Below, piece after piece: positions 41,927 through 54,464 of a DNA stretch of 64,000 nt. The position numbers and the translations under genes were made by a program. The stretch is taken from positions 460,114 to 524,113 of the forward strand of contig CANSPP010000001.1 in the NCBI GenBank assembly GCA_947648905.1, read 5' to 3'. Numbering within the stretch: position 1 is the first letter of the stretch; each line of letters starts with the position of its first letter. The notes beneath the pieces were generated by a model. It was given only the letters and a program-made list of their open reading frames with translations. It had not been told where the DNA came from and searched no databases. The stretch comes from an uncultured Clostridium sp. (GTDB lineage: Bacteria > Bacillota > Clostridia > TANB77 > CAG-508).

Positions 41927-42328
41927 AAAATAAACCATTCTGCTTTGCCGAGTGAAATGGTTTATTAACTACAAATTTGGCAACCACTCTGTGGTTTTTC
42001 ATTTTCTATTTTTATTATACATAGTTTTCTATAAAAAGTCAATAATCTATATACTTTTTATTCTGCTAGGTTAATATTAAAAATGATAAAAGAGACAAAA
42101 AAATATTTTCAGTTCTCTTATCATTTAAATATTTATTTTGCTATATTAAATCCACTTAAATAATAATTTCCAGTAGTGCTATCCAAAACATTTGGTTCTG
42201 CGTAATATTATTACATTTATATTACAAATAAGATAAATATTGCCAATTTCGACTTGTAATGATATACTAAAGTTGTAAAATAAGACGAATTATGTAACAA
42301 AAGAAATAAATATAGGAGGCAAAAGACA

Positions 42329-44026
42329 ATGAAAAAAATATTTTTTAAAAATACAATTCTAACAGCATTAATATCAATAATAATATTTAATCTAACAGTC
42401 TTTTTAATACCAAATAGAGTACAAGCATCAACATATAACCAAATAACAATAAATGCAAATAGCAACAATAATAACGGAATAGATGCATTTCCAGAAAGCT
42501 ATCAAATAATGTTAAAAAAATTGGTAGAAGACACAGGACACTCAAATTGGAAATTTAAACCGTTTTACACAGATATCAGTTGGGATGAACTAACAAGTTC
42601 AGATAATGAAAACAAGTGCCTAAGAAATACAATACACCAAAGTAATGGCTCATGGCTTTGCCCTTGTGGGCAACAAGGGGATAGAGGATATTATTGTGCA
42701 TCAAGAAGAATAGTAAATTACTATTTAGACCCAAGAAACTTTTTAACAGAAACAACAATATTCCAATTTTTAGACTTATCAAATCAAACAGTAATACCAA
42801 TAGAACAAATACAAAAAGCAGTAGAAGGAACATATTTAGCAGGGAGTGTTAATGGAGTATCATATGCACAAATGATATATGATGCAGCACAAGAGTCAGG
42901 AGAAAATGCATTAAGCATAACAGTAAAAATATTTCAAGAATTAGGTAAGGGAAATACCTTGCCAGGAATGATAAATGGAAAAGATGCTACATATCCAAAT
43001 ACATATAACTTCTTCAATTATGGAGCATCAGACGGAGAAGGAAATACACAAAGGGGACTAGCATATGCTTCTAGAGCAGGGTGGAACACACCAAGAACAG
43101 CATTAATAGAAGGAGCAAAATTAATAGCTAATTCATATGTGAAGGTAGGACAAAATACAAAGTATACATTTAAATTTGACATAGTAGCAGACAATTCAAC
43201 AGGGCTATATTGGCATCAATATATGACAAACATACAAGACCCAACAAACCAAGCTAAAATGTTATTTGATGAATACTTAAACAATGGATGGCTAAATAAT
43301 GAATTAACATTTGTAATTCCAGTTTATAAAGATATGCCAGCATATGTAAAATTGCCAAGCAGTTTAACAACAAATGATGGAACATTATATTTTATAAGTT
43401 CTAGATATTCAGATGTGGCAATAAGAACAGGATATAGTTCAGGAGCTACAACTATTGAGTATTTAAAAAGAAATACACCAGTTTTAATGCTAAATTATAA
43501 TGAGAATAATACAGGTTGGTCAAAGGTTAGAGTAAATGGTAGAGAAGGTTATGTTATTAATGATTATTTAACACCTGTTAATACAAAGGTTGATACATAT
43601 AAGGTACCAAATCAACCAGGAGATACACAACTACCTACAGTAATAGGTGGAACAAATTTTGAATTACAAGGCTCATATATTATTGCTGAACCAGGGACTA
43701 AGTTAAGTGATATCAAAGCAAAATATAATGTTATATCAGCTACAAAGGATGGTGTAGCAATATCAGATCAGGAAAGTCTAGCGACAACAGCTTGTATAAA
43801 CATTGATAACACAGTATATGTTGTTGCTAAACTAGGAGATGTTAATGGAGATGGTTATATTACTCCAATAGATTATGTAAAAGTTGTAAATAAAATTATG
43901 GGAGTAACAGTCTTTAATGAAGTAAGTATAAAAGCAGCAGATATAAATAGAAATGGAGAAATTAGTCCAGAAGACTATGTGAAAATTGTAAATCAAATTA
44001 TGGGAAATTCAAAAATAGAACTATAA
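42329..44026 (+). CDS. Secreted GH73-type glucosaminidase + SH3b domain + C-terminal type-I dockerin
   Basis: Signal peptide; dockerin repeats GDVNGDGYITPIDYVKVVNKIMG and AADINRNGEISPEDYVKIVNQIMG. Confidence 0.6.
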   Translation: MKKIFFKNTILTALISIIIFNLTVFLIPNRVQASTYNQITINANSNNNNGIDAFPESYQIMLKKLVEDTGHSNWKFKPFYTDISWDELTSSDNENKCLRNTIHQSNGSWLCPCGQQGDRGYYCASRRIVNYYLDPRNFLTETTIFQFLDLSNQTVIPIEQIQKAVEGTYLAGSVNGVSYAQMIYDAAQESGENALSITVKIFQELGKGNTLPGMINGKDATYPNTYNFFNYGASDGEGNTQRGLAYASRAGWNTPRTALIEGAKLIANSYVKVGQNTKYTFKFDIVADNSTGLYWHQYMTNIQDPTNQAKMLFDEYLNNGWLNNELTFVIPVYKDMPAYVKLPSSLTTNDGTLYFISSRYSDVAIRTGYSSGATTIEYLKRNTPVLMLNYNENNTGWSKVRVNGREGYVINDYLTPVNTKVDTYKVPNQPGDTQLPTVIGGTNFELQGSYIIAEPGTKLSDIKAKYNVISATKDGVAISDQESLATTACINIDNTVYVVAKLGDVNGDGYITPIDYVKVVNKIMGVTVFNEVSIKAADINRNGEISPEDYVKIVNQIMGNSKIEL

Positions 44027-44054
44027 CTATTTATAGATGCTTAGGAGGCAAAAA

Positions 44055-45542
44055 ATGAATAAAAAGGTATTTTATAAAATATTAATAACTATATTAATGG
44101 TAATCGGATTTTTAATAGTAATGCAATTAGAAACAAATGCAGCTAGTTTAAGTATAAGTACTTCAAAATCTAGTGTATCTCCAGGGGAGAAATTTTCTGT
44201 AACTGTTTCAGTAAGTGGAGGAGCAGGATATGTAAATTTAAGTGCAAGTAATGGAACATTAAGTGATACAACTATGGAATTAATGTTAAAGTCATCAGCT
44301 ACTGTAACTTGTACAGCAGGAAGTTCTGGAACAGTATCAATAAGTGCATCAGGAACAATTGCTGATTATACAACTGAGAGAGAAGAAACTAAAAATGCTT
44401 CAGCAAGTGTTTCAATTGCTAGTAGCTCAAGTGGTGGAAGTTCTACATCTGGAGGGAATACTGGAACGTCAACAAGTGGAGGAAATACAAGCAATACAGC
44501 ATCAAACAATGCAAAACTATCAAACTTAGGAATAACACCAAATGATTTCTCTGGATTTAAATCAGGAACAACAACATATAATGCAACAGTACCAAATAAT
44601 GTAACATCAGTACAAGTATATGCAAAAGTACAAGCATCAGGTGCGAAATACTCAGTAAGTGGACCATACAATAACCTACAAGTAGGAACAAACAAAATAA
44701 CAGTAACAGTAACAGCGCCAGATGGGAAAACAACAAATACATATACGATATATGTAGCAAGACAAGCATCTAAAGACGAAGAAGTAACACCAAATGTAAT
44801 AGATGAAAATAACGCAAATACTGATAATAGTGAACAACCAGGAACAGAAGAACCAGAAGAAAATCAAGAGCAAGAAGCACTAGGACTATTATCAATATCA
44901 ATAGACGAAGGGTATGAAATATACTTAGAACCAGAATTTAAAACAGATGTATACGAATACACAATAAACTTAGAAGAAGATTTAAGCGAAATTCCACTTA
45001 CAGCTATTGCAAATAGAGAAAATGCAATCATAGAAATAACAGGAAATGAAGATTTGCAAGATGGCGAAAACATAATTACAATTACAGTAACAGATGAAGA
45101 AACAGGCGAAAAAGTAGAATATAAAATAACTGTAAAAAAAGGAATGGTAGCCCAAGAAGAGACTGAGCAAGAAGGAGATAAAAATCTTGAAGAAAGAAAA
45201 TGGTTAATAATAGCAGTAGCAACAGGAGCAGTCGCAGTAGTAATAATAATTATAGTTTCTTGCGTAATAATAAGAAGAAGAAAAAAATTCGAAAGTGAAT
45301 TTGGCGTAGATTATGACGAGGAAGACTATGATGAAAATTATGAGCAATATTATAATCAAGTAAATGAAAAAGAAAGTACCTACGAAAGCGATTCAATAGA
45401 AGAAAAAGATTTTGATAATAAATATGAAAATCCAGTTGACGAAAAACCAAAATTAGATGACGTATTTGGAAAATCATATGTAGAAGAATATGAAGAAGAA
45501 AAGCCAAAAAACAGAAGACGTGGTAAAGGAAAACATTTTTAA
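44055..45542 (+). CDS. Type-I membrane surface protein with cadherin-like beta-sandwich domains and an acidic cytoplasmic tail
   Basis: Signal peptide; NAKLSNLGITPNDFSGFKSGTTTYNATVPNNVTSVQVYAKV... (cadherin-like, PF12733-type); C-terminal TM WLIIAVATGAVAVVIIIIVSCVII; AGGAGG RBS before ATG 44055. Confidence 0.6.
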   Translation: MNKKVFYKILITILMVIGFLIVMQLETNAASLSISTSKSSVSPGEKFSVTVSVSGGAGYVNLSASNGTLSDTTMELMLKSSATVTCTAGSSGTVSISASGTIADYTTEREETKNASASVSIASSSSGGSSTSGGNTGTSTSGGNTSNTASNNAKLSNLGITPNDFSGFKSGTTTYNATVPNNVTSVQVYAKVQASGAKYSVSGPYNNLQVGTNKITVTVTAPDGKTTNTYTIYVARQASKDEEVTPNVIDENNANTDNSEQPGTEEPEENQEQEALGLLSISIDEGYEIYLEPEFKTDVYEYTINLEEDLSEIPLTAIANRENAIIEITGNEDLQDGENIITITVTDEETGEKVEYKITVKKGMVAQEETEQEGDKNLEERKWLIIAVATGAVAVVIIIIVSCVIIRRRKKFESEFGVDYDEEDYDENYEQYYNQVNEKESTYESDSIEEKDFDNKYENPVDEKPKLDDVFGKSYVEEYEEEKPKNRRRGKGKHF

Positions 45543-45636
45543 AAAATCTATTGACAATAACTAATAAATATAGTAAAGTTAAGAGGTAACAAATAGTGAC
45601 AAAATCCGACACTTTAAGTAAAGAGAGGAAAAAAGC

Positions 45637-47514
45637 ATGAAAAACAATGTAAAAGTAGAATTTATGCCTAAAGAACGGAAGATTGCACTAGGGAAAGAAC
45701 TCGAAATAAGAGTAGAAATTCCAAAAGAAGTAGGAAAAGTAGAAAGCTGTAAAGTACTATTTAACAAGTTTGGAGAAAATCCATCAATAATACAAGAATT
45801 ACAAAAAACAAAAGAAGAAGAAATTTACGAGACATATTGTACAAAAGTACAATTTAATAAGCTCGGAGAATACTTCTTCTTTTTTCTTGTAAAGATTGAC
45901 GGAAAAGAAAAGGCTATCAAAATTAGTAGGGAAACAAACGAACCATTTATCACAGAAGGAGAAGCGCCATATTGGCGAGTTCTTATTCACAACAACTTTA
46001 CCGTACCAAAATGGGCAAAAGGAAAAATTGTCTATCAAATTTTTGTAGACAGATTTAACAATAGTCCAAAGTATGCTGTAGAGCAACAGCCGGAACGGAA
46101 ATATCGTGTATGGGGACATCAAGTTAACTGGGAAAGAGATGAAAATGGAAATTTCCACAACAATGACTTTTTTGGCGGAAACCTGAAAGGAATTGAAGAA
46201 AAACTAGACTATTTAGAAAGTTTAGGAGTAGAAATTCTTTATTTATCACCAATTAACTTAAGCACCGTAAGATATGATAGGTATGCAGCAACAGACCATA
46301 TGGAAATAGACCCAATTGTAGGAACGTTCGAGGATTTGGACAGACTACATAAAAAAGCATTAAGCAAGGGAATGTATCTTATTTTGGATGTTGCATTTAA
46401 CCATTGTTGTAGTGATAACCCTATTTATTTAGATGCGCTGAACAATCCAAATTCTGTTTATAGAGACTGGTTTAGCAGAGATGAAAATGGTAACATAAGA
46501 TTTTGGTATGGCTTTAGTGATATGCCAGAATTCAACTTGTGGAACCAAGATTATCAAAACTATGTGTATGGAGAAAACGGCGTAATTGCTAAATATTCTA
46601 AATATGTAGACGGATTTAGATTAGACTTAGCAGAAGCGTTACCACCATTTTTCTTAGAAGGAATTCGAACCAGAGCTAACAAAGAAAAAGCAAGATTTAT
46701 TGTAGGAGAATATTGGGATGATGTAGAACTGGAAGTATTAGGAACAGGACTAGATGTACCAACATGTTATCCAATGACAAATGCAGCTTTGAAATTCTTA
46801 GCTTATGGAGAAAGCGGATACTTAGAAGCAAAAATGAAAGAATTGGTAGAAAACTATCCTCAAGAAACACTCGATAGTTTACTATTTTCACTATGCACAC
46901 ATGATATTATAAGAGCTATGACCATATTTGCTAAAAAGCAATATATGAGAACAGGCATTATGGATATCTGGAAAATTGATGAACAACCATCTCCTTGGCA
47001 TAAAGGATATAACTACTTCGACACTGACGGATTTAGACGTTTTGAATATGAAAACGAAAATCTAAGTTATGAAGAATATCAATATGCTAAGAACTTGCTA
47101 AAGGTAGGAACAATGCTTCAATACTTTTTCTTAGGAAACCCTTGTGTATACTATGGAACAGAATCGGGACTTTATGGTTGGAAAGACCCATTTAACAGAA
47201 AATGTTATAACTGGGGAAAAGAAGACCAAGACCTACTTAAGTTCTACCAAGAAATTGGAAACTTTAGAAAGAAATTTCTATCAACAAATTGCAATCCTGA
47301 AGTATTGTATAAGGATTCTGACCTGTTTATCTTCAAAAGAGAAAACAAAGAAAACTCTTTGTATGTTGCGCTCAATAGAAGTGGCAATAGAAGAACAATA
47401 ACAGTGCCAGATGAATTTAAAAACGAAGAAACATTTACACTAAACGGAACGACAGACTATTTGTTACCATATGGAGGAATTGCAATATTGAAGAAAAATG
47501 CGGAAAGAGACTAG
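45637..47514 (+). CDS. Glycoside hydrolase family 13 (alpha-amylase superfamily)
   Basis: VYQIFVDRFNN, GFRLDLAEALP, EYWDD, LCTHD conserved GH13 regions. Confidence 0.85.
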   Translation: MKNNVKVEFMPKERKIALGKELEIRVEIPKEVGKVESCKVLFNKFGENPSIIQELQKTKEEEIYETYCTKVQFNKLGEYFFFFLVKIDGKEKAIKISRETNEPFITEGEAPYWRVLIHNNFTVPKWAKGKIVYQIFVDRFNNSPKYAVEQQPERKYRVWGHQVNWERDENGNFHNNDFFGGNLKGIEEKLDYLESLGVEILYLSPINLSTVRYDRYAATDHMEIDPIVGTFEDLDRLHKKALSKGMYLILDVAFNHCCSDNPIYLDALNNPNSVYRDWFSRDENGNIRFWYGFSDMPEFNLWNQDYQNYVYGENGVIAKYSKYVDGFRLDLAEALPPFFLEGIRTRANKEKARFIVGEYWDDVELEVLGTGLDVPTCYPMTNAALKFLAYGESGYLEAKMKELVENYPQETLDSLLFSLCTHDIIRAMTIFAKKQYMRTGIMDIWKIDEQPSPWHKGYNYFDTDGFRRFEYENENLSYEEYQYAKNLLKVGTMLQYFFLGNPCVYYGTESGLYGWKDPFNRKCYNWGKEDQDLLKFYQEIGNFRKKFLSTNCNPEVLYKDSDLFIFKRENKENSLYVALNRSGNRRTITVPDEFKNEETFTLNGTTDYLLPYGGIAILKKNAERD

Positions 47515-47591
47515 TTTATAGTCTCTTTTTTGTTGCCAAATATCATAAAATATAGTATAATATGCAAAGAAAGAAAAGGAGAGCAAAGCCA

Positions 47592-48602
47592 ATGGATAAA
47601 AAAAGAATAATAACAGGAGATAGACCAACAGGAAGACTTCACATAGGTCATTATTTTGGTTCATTAAAAAAGAGATTAGAAATGCAAGAAAATGAAGAAT
47701 ATGATCCATACATACTAATAGCAGATGTTCAAGCATTAACAGACAACTTTAATAACCCAGAAAAAGTAAGAAAAAACATTAGAGAAGTAGCAATAGACTA
47801 TTTATCAGTTGGAATAGACCCCAATAAAACAACAATATATGTACAATCAATGATACCAGAAGTAGCAGAATTAACAGTATTTTATTCAAACTTAGTAACA
47901 ATAGCAAGACTACAAAGAAATCCAACAGTAAAAACAGAAATAGCACAAAAGAAAGAGCTATTTGGAGAAAGTGTAACATATGGATTTTTAGGATATCCAG
48001 TAAGCCAAGCAGCAGATATAACTGCATTTGAAGGAGAATTAGTACCAGTAGGAGAAGATCAATTACCTTTAATAGAACAATGTCATGAAATAGTAAGAAA
48101 ATTCAATAGCATATATGGAGAAGTGTTAGTAGAACCAAAGGCAGTATTATCAGAAGGAAAAAGAATAAAAGGACTAGATGGAAATGCAAAAATGGGAAAA
48201 TCATTAGGAAATGCAATATATTTATCAGATAGTGAAGAAGAAATAACAAAAAAAGTAATGGGAGCCGTAACAGATCCAAACAGAATAAAAAAAGACGATT
48301 TAGGAAACCCTGATATATGTATGGTTGCATATTATCACAAGTTATTTGGCACAGACGAAGAAGTAAAAACAGTATGTGAAGAATGTAGAGCAGGAAAAAG
48401 AGGATGTGTAGCTTGTAAAAAGCAACTTGCAAAAAATATAATAGAAGAATTAAGACCAATAAGAGAAAAAAGAGCATATTACGAAGCGCATCCAGAAGAA
48501 GTAGATAAAATACTTATAGAAGGAACAGCAAAAGCTCAAAAAATAGCGAAAGAAACAATGAAAAAAGTAAAAAAGGCAATGAAGCTAGACTATTTTGAAT
48601 AA
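47592..48602 (+). CDS. trpS: Tryptophan--tRNA ligase
   Basis: TGDRPTGRLHIGHYFG (HIGH), KMGKSLGN (KMSKS); promoter TTGCCA, 17 bp, TATAAT; short leader, no T-box. Confidence 0.95.
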   Translation: MDKKRIITGDRPTGRLHIGHYFGSLKKRLEMQENEEYDPYILIADVQALTDNFNNPEKVRKNIREVAIDYLSVGIDPNKTTIYVQSMIPEVAELTVFYSNLVTIARLQRNPTVKTEIAQKKELFGESVTYGFLGYPVSQAADITAFEGELVPVGEDQLPLIEQCHEIVRKFNSIYGEVLVEPKAVLSEGKRIKGLDGNAKMGKSLGNAIYLSDSEEEITKKVMGAVTDPNRIKKDDLGNPDICMVAYYHKLFGTDEEVKTVCEECRAGKRGCVACKKQLAKNIIEELRPIREKRAYYEAHPEEVDKILIEGTAKAQKIAKETMKKVKKAMKLDYFE

Positions 48603-48648
48603 TGATGTTTTTAGGACAGAGCAAAAAAACATCATTGAAAATAAATAA

Positions 48649-49956
<1,308 letters not shown>

Positions 49957-49962
49957 TGCCAA

Positions 49963-50037
49963 TTGTCCAATTGGGGACGTTTCTCTTTTGGACATTGACA
50001 TAAAAATGTCCAAGAAGGAAACGTCCCTAATTGGACA
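49963..50037. repeat. REP-like element (inverted pair of units)
   Basis: TGTCCAATTGGGGACGTTTC ... TGTCCAAGAAGGAAACGTCCCTAATTGGACA. Confidence 0.8.
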
Positions 50038-50062
50038 AAATTGAACTAAAAGGAGTAATAAT

Positions 50063-50563
50063 ATGAGTGGAGAAAAAAGAAAAGATTATCTAGGATGGGA
50101 CGAATATTTTATGGCAATAGCTAAATTGTCAGCAATGAGAAGTAAAGACCCATCAACACAAGTTGGAGCATGTATAGTAAGCAGTGACAACAGAATTTTA
50201 TCAATTGGATACAATGGAGCACCAAACGGATTTGATGATGAAAATTTCCCTTGGGGTAGAGAAGGCGAAAATTTGGATACAAAATATCCATATGTTTGTC
50301 ACGCAGAAATGAATGCAATTTTAAATTATAGAGGAAGTAAAAAAGATTTAGAAGATGCTAAAATTTATGTGGATTTATTTCCTTGTAATGAATGTGCAAA
50401 AATTATTATTCAGTCTGGAATCAAGGAAGTTATCTATTTGTCAGATAAATATGCAACTTCTGAAAACAACATAGCTTCTAGAAAATTGCTTGATGAGTGT
50501 GGAGTTAAGTATAGTAAAATTGATGTAGAAAACAGTAAAAAAATAATGATTGAAATAGGATAA
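50063..50563 (+). CDS. dCMP deaminase (ComEB/cytidine-deaminase family)
   Basis: HAEMNAI ... PCNECAKII zinc motifs. Confidence 0.85.
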   Translation: MSGEKRKDYLGWDEYFMAIAKLSAMRSKDPSTQVGACIVSSDNRILSIGYNGAPNGFDDENFPWGREGENLDTKYPYVCHAEMNAILNYRGSKKDLEDAKIYVDLFPCNECAKIIIQSGIKEVIYLSDKYATSENNIASRKLLDECGVKYSKIDVENSKKIMIEIG

Positions 50564-50626
50564 AAAATATATATAAAAGGCTACTGACTTTTGTCAGTAG
50601 CTTTTTATATATATGATTATAAATAC

Positions 50627-51412
50627 CTAATTTTCTTGATTAAGTTCCTTCTCTTCCAACTGTCTTTGAGCCTGAGGCTTTTTCAAATACAAAGGAAGAA
50701 CATCTTTTAATTCTTCACCAGAATTAAACTTTGAAAAACCAGCCAATCCCAAAGCTTCAGAATTTAAAACATTAAAATCAGAAGAAGGAAAAATAGAATT
50801 TTCAAAACTTTGCTCAATAGTACTTCTATAAACTTCAGAACCATCACCACAAAAAGCAACAGGAGCACAATTTAAAGTATCTTGGCAATAACTATTTAAA
50901 ATAGCTAAAGCATTTTCAACACTTTCAGCTTGAGGCTCAATTAAAGTTATCAACCCATCATTTCTTTTCTCATATAATGCAAAATAGCAATTATCGTTTT
51001 TGCAATCAACTATGCTGCATACATATTTAATCTCATTTTGAAATATTTCAACTTTATTCTCAAATGTTTGCCTGATGCATTTTTGCTCTGTCCCAAAAAA
51101 CATCATCCCAAAAGCTAAAGTTTCTAAAGAACTAACACCAACACAAGGAATACTTAAGCTATCAGAAAATGCCTTTGCAGTAGCAACGCCAATTCTAATT
51201 CCAGTAAATGAGCCTGGTCCAATATCACAAACAATCAGATTGATGTCAGATGGTTTTGATTCAGATTTTTTCAAGGCTTCGTCTATCATTGGCATTAAAT
51301 TTTCTGAATGTGTTCTTCCAGTATTCGTGTCTAGTTTGCATATTAAATTTGTATTTTCTAAAATTGCAACGCCACATACATTACTGGATGTGTCTATACT
51401 TAAAATTTTCAT
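50627..51412 (-). CDS. tsaB: tRNA t6A37 threonylcarbamoyl transferase complex protein TsaB
   Basis: MKILSIDTSSNVCGVAILEN... Confidence 0.85.
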   Translation of the reverse strand: MKILSIDTSSNVCGVAILENTNLICKLDTNTGRTHSENLMPMIDEALKKSESKPSDINLIVCDIGPGSFTGIRIGVATAKAFSDSLSIPCVGVSSLETLAFGMMFFGTEQKCIRQTFENKVEIFQNEIKYVCSIVDCKNDNCYFALYEKRNDGLITLIEPQAESVENALAILNSYCQDTLNCAPVAFCGDGSEVYRSTIEQSFENSIFPSSDFNVLNSEALGLAGFSKFNSGEELKDVLPLYLKKPQAQRQLEEKELNQEN

Positions 51413-51849
51413 ATTAAAATCTCCTTTGAGCTAATTTCTAAAATTCTCATATTTTCATTTTCATCATCTTTATCAAAAACAATATGAATATAATCTTTTG
51501 GAAGAGCATCTTCGATTAATTCGCCCCATTCGATTAAGCAAATACCGTTTTCAAAATATTCCTCTCCACCAATTTCATAAAATTCAGAAGAGTCTTCTAA
51601 GCGATAAACATCAAAATGGTATATATTTATATCATCTTTATTATATTCATTTACAATTGTGAAAGTAGGACTAGATATTTCATTTTCTAAACCATAATAA
51701 GATAAAAAACCTTCCACAAATTTTGTTTTACCAGAGCCAAGTTCACCAGTTAAAACAACTACATCTTTTGGCTTTAATTTTGAAGCTAATTTTTTTGCAA
51801 AGTTTTTTGTATCATCTTCATTTTTTGCTATAAATTTATAGTGTTCCAT
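51409..51849 (-). CDS. tsaE: tRNA t6A37 ATPase TsaE
   Basis: VVLTGELGSGKTKFVEG. Confidence 0.85.
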   Translation of the reverse strand: MEHYKFIAKNEDDTKNFAKKLASKLKPKDVVVLTGELGSGKTKFVEGFLSYYGLENEISSPTFTIVNEYNKDDINIYHFDVYRLEDSSEFYEIGGEEYFENGICLIEWGELIEDALPKDYIHIVFDKDDENENMRILEISSKEILI

Positions 51850-52005
51850 AAAATCCTCCTGGATAAATTAATCAACTACAAGTATTATAATATAAAAAAA
51901 TAAAAAATTCAATGAAAAGGGTTGATAAATTTGAATACTTGTAATATAATCGTAATACATTTGTAATAAAAGAGAAACAAAAACAGTTAGAAAGGAAGAA
52001 AAAGC

Positions 52006-53010
52006 ATGTTTAAAATGGGGCAAGATATCGGTATTGATTTAGGAACAGCAACAGTAATAGCTTATGTAAAAGGAAAAGGAATAGTATTAAGAGAACCATC
52101 AGTTGTTGCAGTAAACAACGTTACAGGAGATGTTTTAGCAGTTGGACAAGAAGCAAGAAAAATGCTAGGAAGAACACCAGGAAACATAGTAGCAACAAGA
52201 CCACTAAGAGATGGAGTAATATCAGACTACACAGTAACCGAAAAAATGTTAAAATACTTCATAAATAAAATATGTGGAAAATTCATCTTTGCACCAAGAA
52301 TAATGATATGCATACCATCACAAGTAACAGAAGTAGAGAAAAAAGCAGTAATAGACGCAGCATCACAAGCTGGAGCAAGAAAAGTATATTTAATAGAAGA
52401 ACCAATAGCAGCAGCAATAGGAGCTGGAATAGACATATCAAAACCATGTGGAAATATGGTAGTAGATATAGGCGGAGGAACAACAGACATAGCAGTAATA
52501 TCATTAGGAGGGTCAGTTGTAAGCACATCACTAAAAGTAGCTGGAGATAGATTTGACGAATACATCGTAAAATATATCAAGAAAAAACATAATATGGTAA
52601 TAGGAGAAAGAACAGCAGAAGACTTAAAAGTAAATATAGGATGTGTATTCCCAAAAATACAAGACACAGAAATGCAAATAAGAGGAAGAGACTTATCAAC
52701 AGGGTTACCAAAAACAATAACAGTATATTCAAGCGAAATGCTAGAAGCACTAATAGAACCAGCAATGATGATAGTAGACGCAGTACACAGTGTGTTAGAA
52801 AGAACACCACCAGAACTAGCAGCAGACATAAGTGATAAAGGAATATATATGACAGGTGGAGGATGTTTAGTAGATGGGCTAGACAAACTATTACAAGAAA
52901 AAACAGGAATAAATGTAATGATAGCCCAAGACACAGTATCATGTGTAGCGTTAGGAACAGGAAAAGCATTAGACAACTTAGATGCACTAGAAGGAAAAAC
53001 AAGGAGATAA
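52006..53010 (+). CDS. mreB: Rod-shape-determining actin homologue MreB/Mbl
   Basis: DIGIDLGTATVIAYVKGKGIVLREPSVVAV... Confidence 0.9.
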   Translation: MFKMGQDIGIDLGTATVIAYVKGKGIVLREPSVVAVNNVTGDVLAVGQEARKMLGRTPGNIVATRPLRDGVISDYTVTEKMLKYFINKICGKFIFAPRIMICIPSQVTEVEKKAVIDAASQAGARKVYLIEEPIAAAIGAGIDISKPCGNMVVDIGGGTTDIAVISLGGSVVSTSLKVAGDRFDEYIVKYIKKKHNMVIGERTAEDLKVNIGCVFPKIQDTEMQIRGRDLSTGLPKTITVYSSEMLEALIEPAMMIVDAVHSVLERTPPELAADISDKGIYMTGGGCLVDGLDKLLQEKTGINVMIAQDTVSCVALGTGKALDNLDALEGKTRR

Positions 53011-53011
53011 A

Positions 53012-54313
53012 ATGAAAAAAGTAGCATTTATCACACTAGGATGCAAAGTAAACCAATACGAAACAAACGCAATGACACAAAAGTTTATAGAAAGTGGATA
53101 TGAAGTTGTAAACCAACACGAAAAAGCAGACATATACATAATAAACACATGCACAGTAACAAATATGTCAGATAGAAAATCAAGACAAATGCTTCGTAGA
53201 GTAAAAGATATAAACAATCAAGCCATTGTAGTAGCCTGTGGTTGCTATGCACAAGTAGCAAAAAATGAACTAGAAAAAATAGAAGAAATAGATATAATAC
53301 TAGGAAATAACGAGAAAAAAGAAATAGTAAAATACGTAGAAGAATTTGCAGAAAAACCTGCAAATTCTTTGAGTTGTTCAGATGTTATGTATAAAAAAGA
53401 ATTTGTAGACTTTGGAAACGTAACATACACAGAAAAAACAAGAGCAGTAATAAAAGTACAAGACGGATGTGACAGATTTTGTTCATACTGCATCATTCCA
53501 TATGCACGTGGAAGAGTAAGAAGTAGAAAACCAGAAAGTATAATATCAGAAATAGAAAAAATAGCAAAAGATGGAATAAAAGAAGTAGTAATAACAGGAA
53601 TACACGTAGCATCATATGGAAAAGACTTTAAAGAACAAGAATACAGACTAATCGATTTATTAGAAGAAATAAACAAAATAGAAGGAATAGAAAGAATTCG
53701 TCTAGGTTCAATAGAGCCACTACTAATAAATGAAGAATTTATGAAAAGACTAACAAAACTAGAAAAAATATGTCATCACTTCCATTTATCACTACAAAGC
53801 GGATGTGATGAAACTTTAAAAAGAATGAACAGAAGATATACAACAGAACAATTTAGAGAAATAGTAAAAATATTAAGAAAAAATTATGAAGATGTAATAC
53901 TAACAACAGACATAATAGTAGGATTTCCAGGCGAAACAGAAAAAGAATTTGAAGAAACATATCAATTTTTAAAAGAAATAAAATTCTATAAAATGCATAT
54001 ATTCAAATATTCACCAAGAAAAGGCACAAAAGCAGCAATGATGAAAGAACAAATTGATGGAAATAAAAAAGAAGAAAGAAGCCAAAGACTTATAGAATTA
54101 TCAAATAAAAATGAAAAGCAATACAATGAAACATATGTAGGAAAAACAGTTCAAGTCCTTTTTGAAGAAGAAAAGGATGGAATATATAAAGGTCATACAA
54201 AAAATTATATACAGGCATATTTGAGTGAACAAAACAACAAAGAAAATCTTGAAAATAAAATAGTTGAGGTTAAGTGCTATAAGGCAGAACAAGACCACAT
54301 AATAGTAAAATAA
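53012..54313 (+). CDS. Radical-SAM methylthiotransferase (MtaB/MiaB family) with TRAM domain
   Basis: KVAFITLGCKVNQYETNAM...; CDRFCSYCIIPYARG radical-SAM cysteine motif. Confidence 0.85.
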   Translation: MKKVAFITLGCKVNQYETNAMTQKFIESGYEVVNQHEKADIYIINTCTVTNMSDRKSRQMLRRVKDINNQAIVVACGCYAQVAKNELEKIEEIDIILGNNEKKEIVKYVEEFAEKPANSLSCSDVMYKKEFVDFGNVTYTEKTRAVIKVQDGCDRFCSYCIIPYARGRVRSRKPESIISEIEKIAKDGIKEVVITGIHVASYGKDFKEQEYRLIDLLEEINKIEGIERIRLGSIEPLLINEEFMKRLTKLEKICHHFHLSLQSGCDETLKRMNRRYTTEQFREIVKILRKNYEDVILTTDIIVGFPGETEKEFEETYQFLKEIKFYKMHIFKYSPRKGTKAAMMKEQIDGNKKEERSQRLIELSNKNEKQYNETYVGKTVQVLFEEEKDGIYKGHTKNYIQAYLSEQNNKENLENKIVEVKCYKAEQDHIIVK

Positions 54314-54464
54314 AAATGAAGAAGAAATGGTTAAAAGTAACAAAACTGTAATAATTATGTAATAAACATTTAATATAAGAAAACAGAAAAACTACTTGAT
54401 AAAAATAAAAAAGTATAGTATAAATAAAACAGAAGATGTAAAAAACACAAAGGAGGAAAATAAA

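Noticed and set aside
47515-47591. T-box leader upstream of trpS and of alaS (62994-63030)
   Set aside because: Leaders are only ~25-40 nt, too short for a T-box riboswitch.
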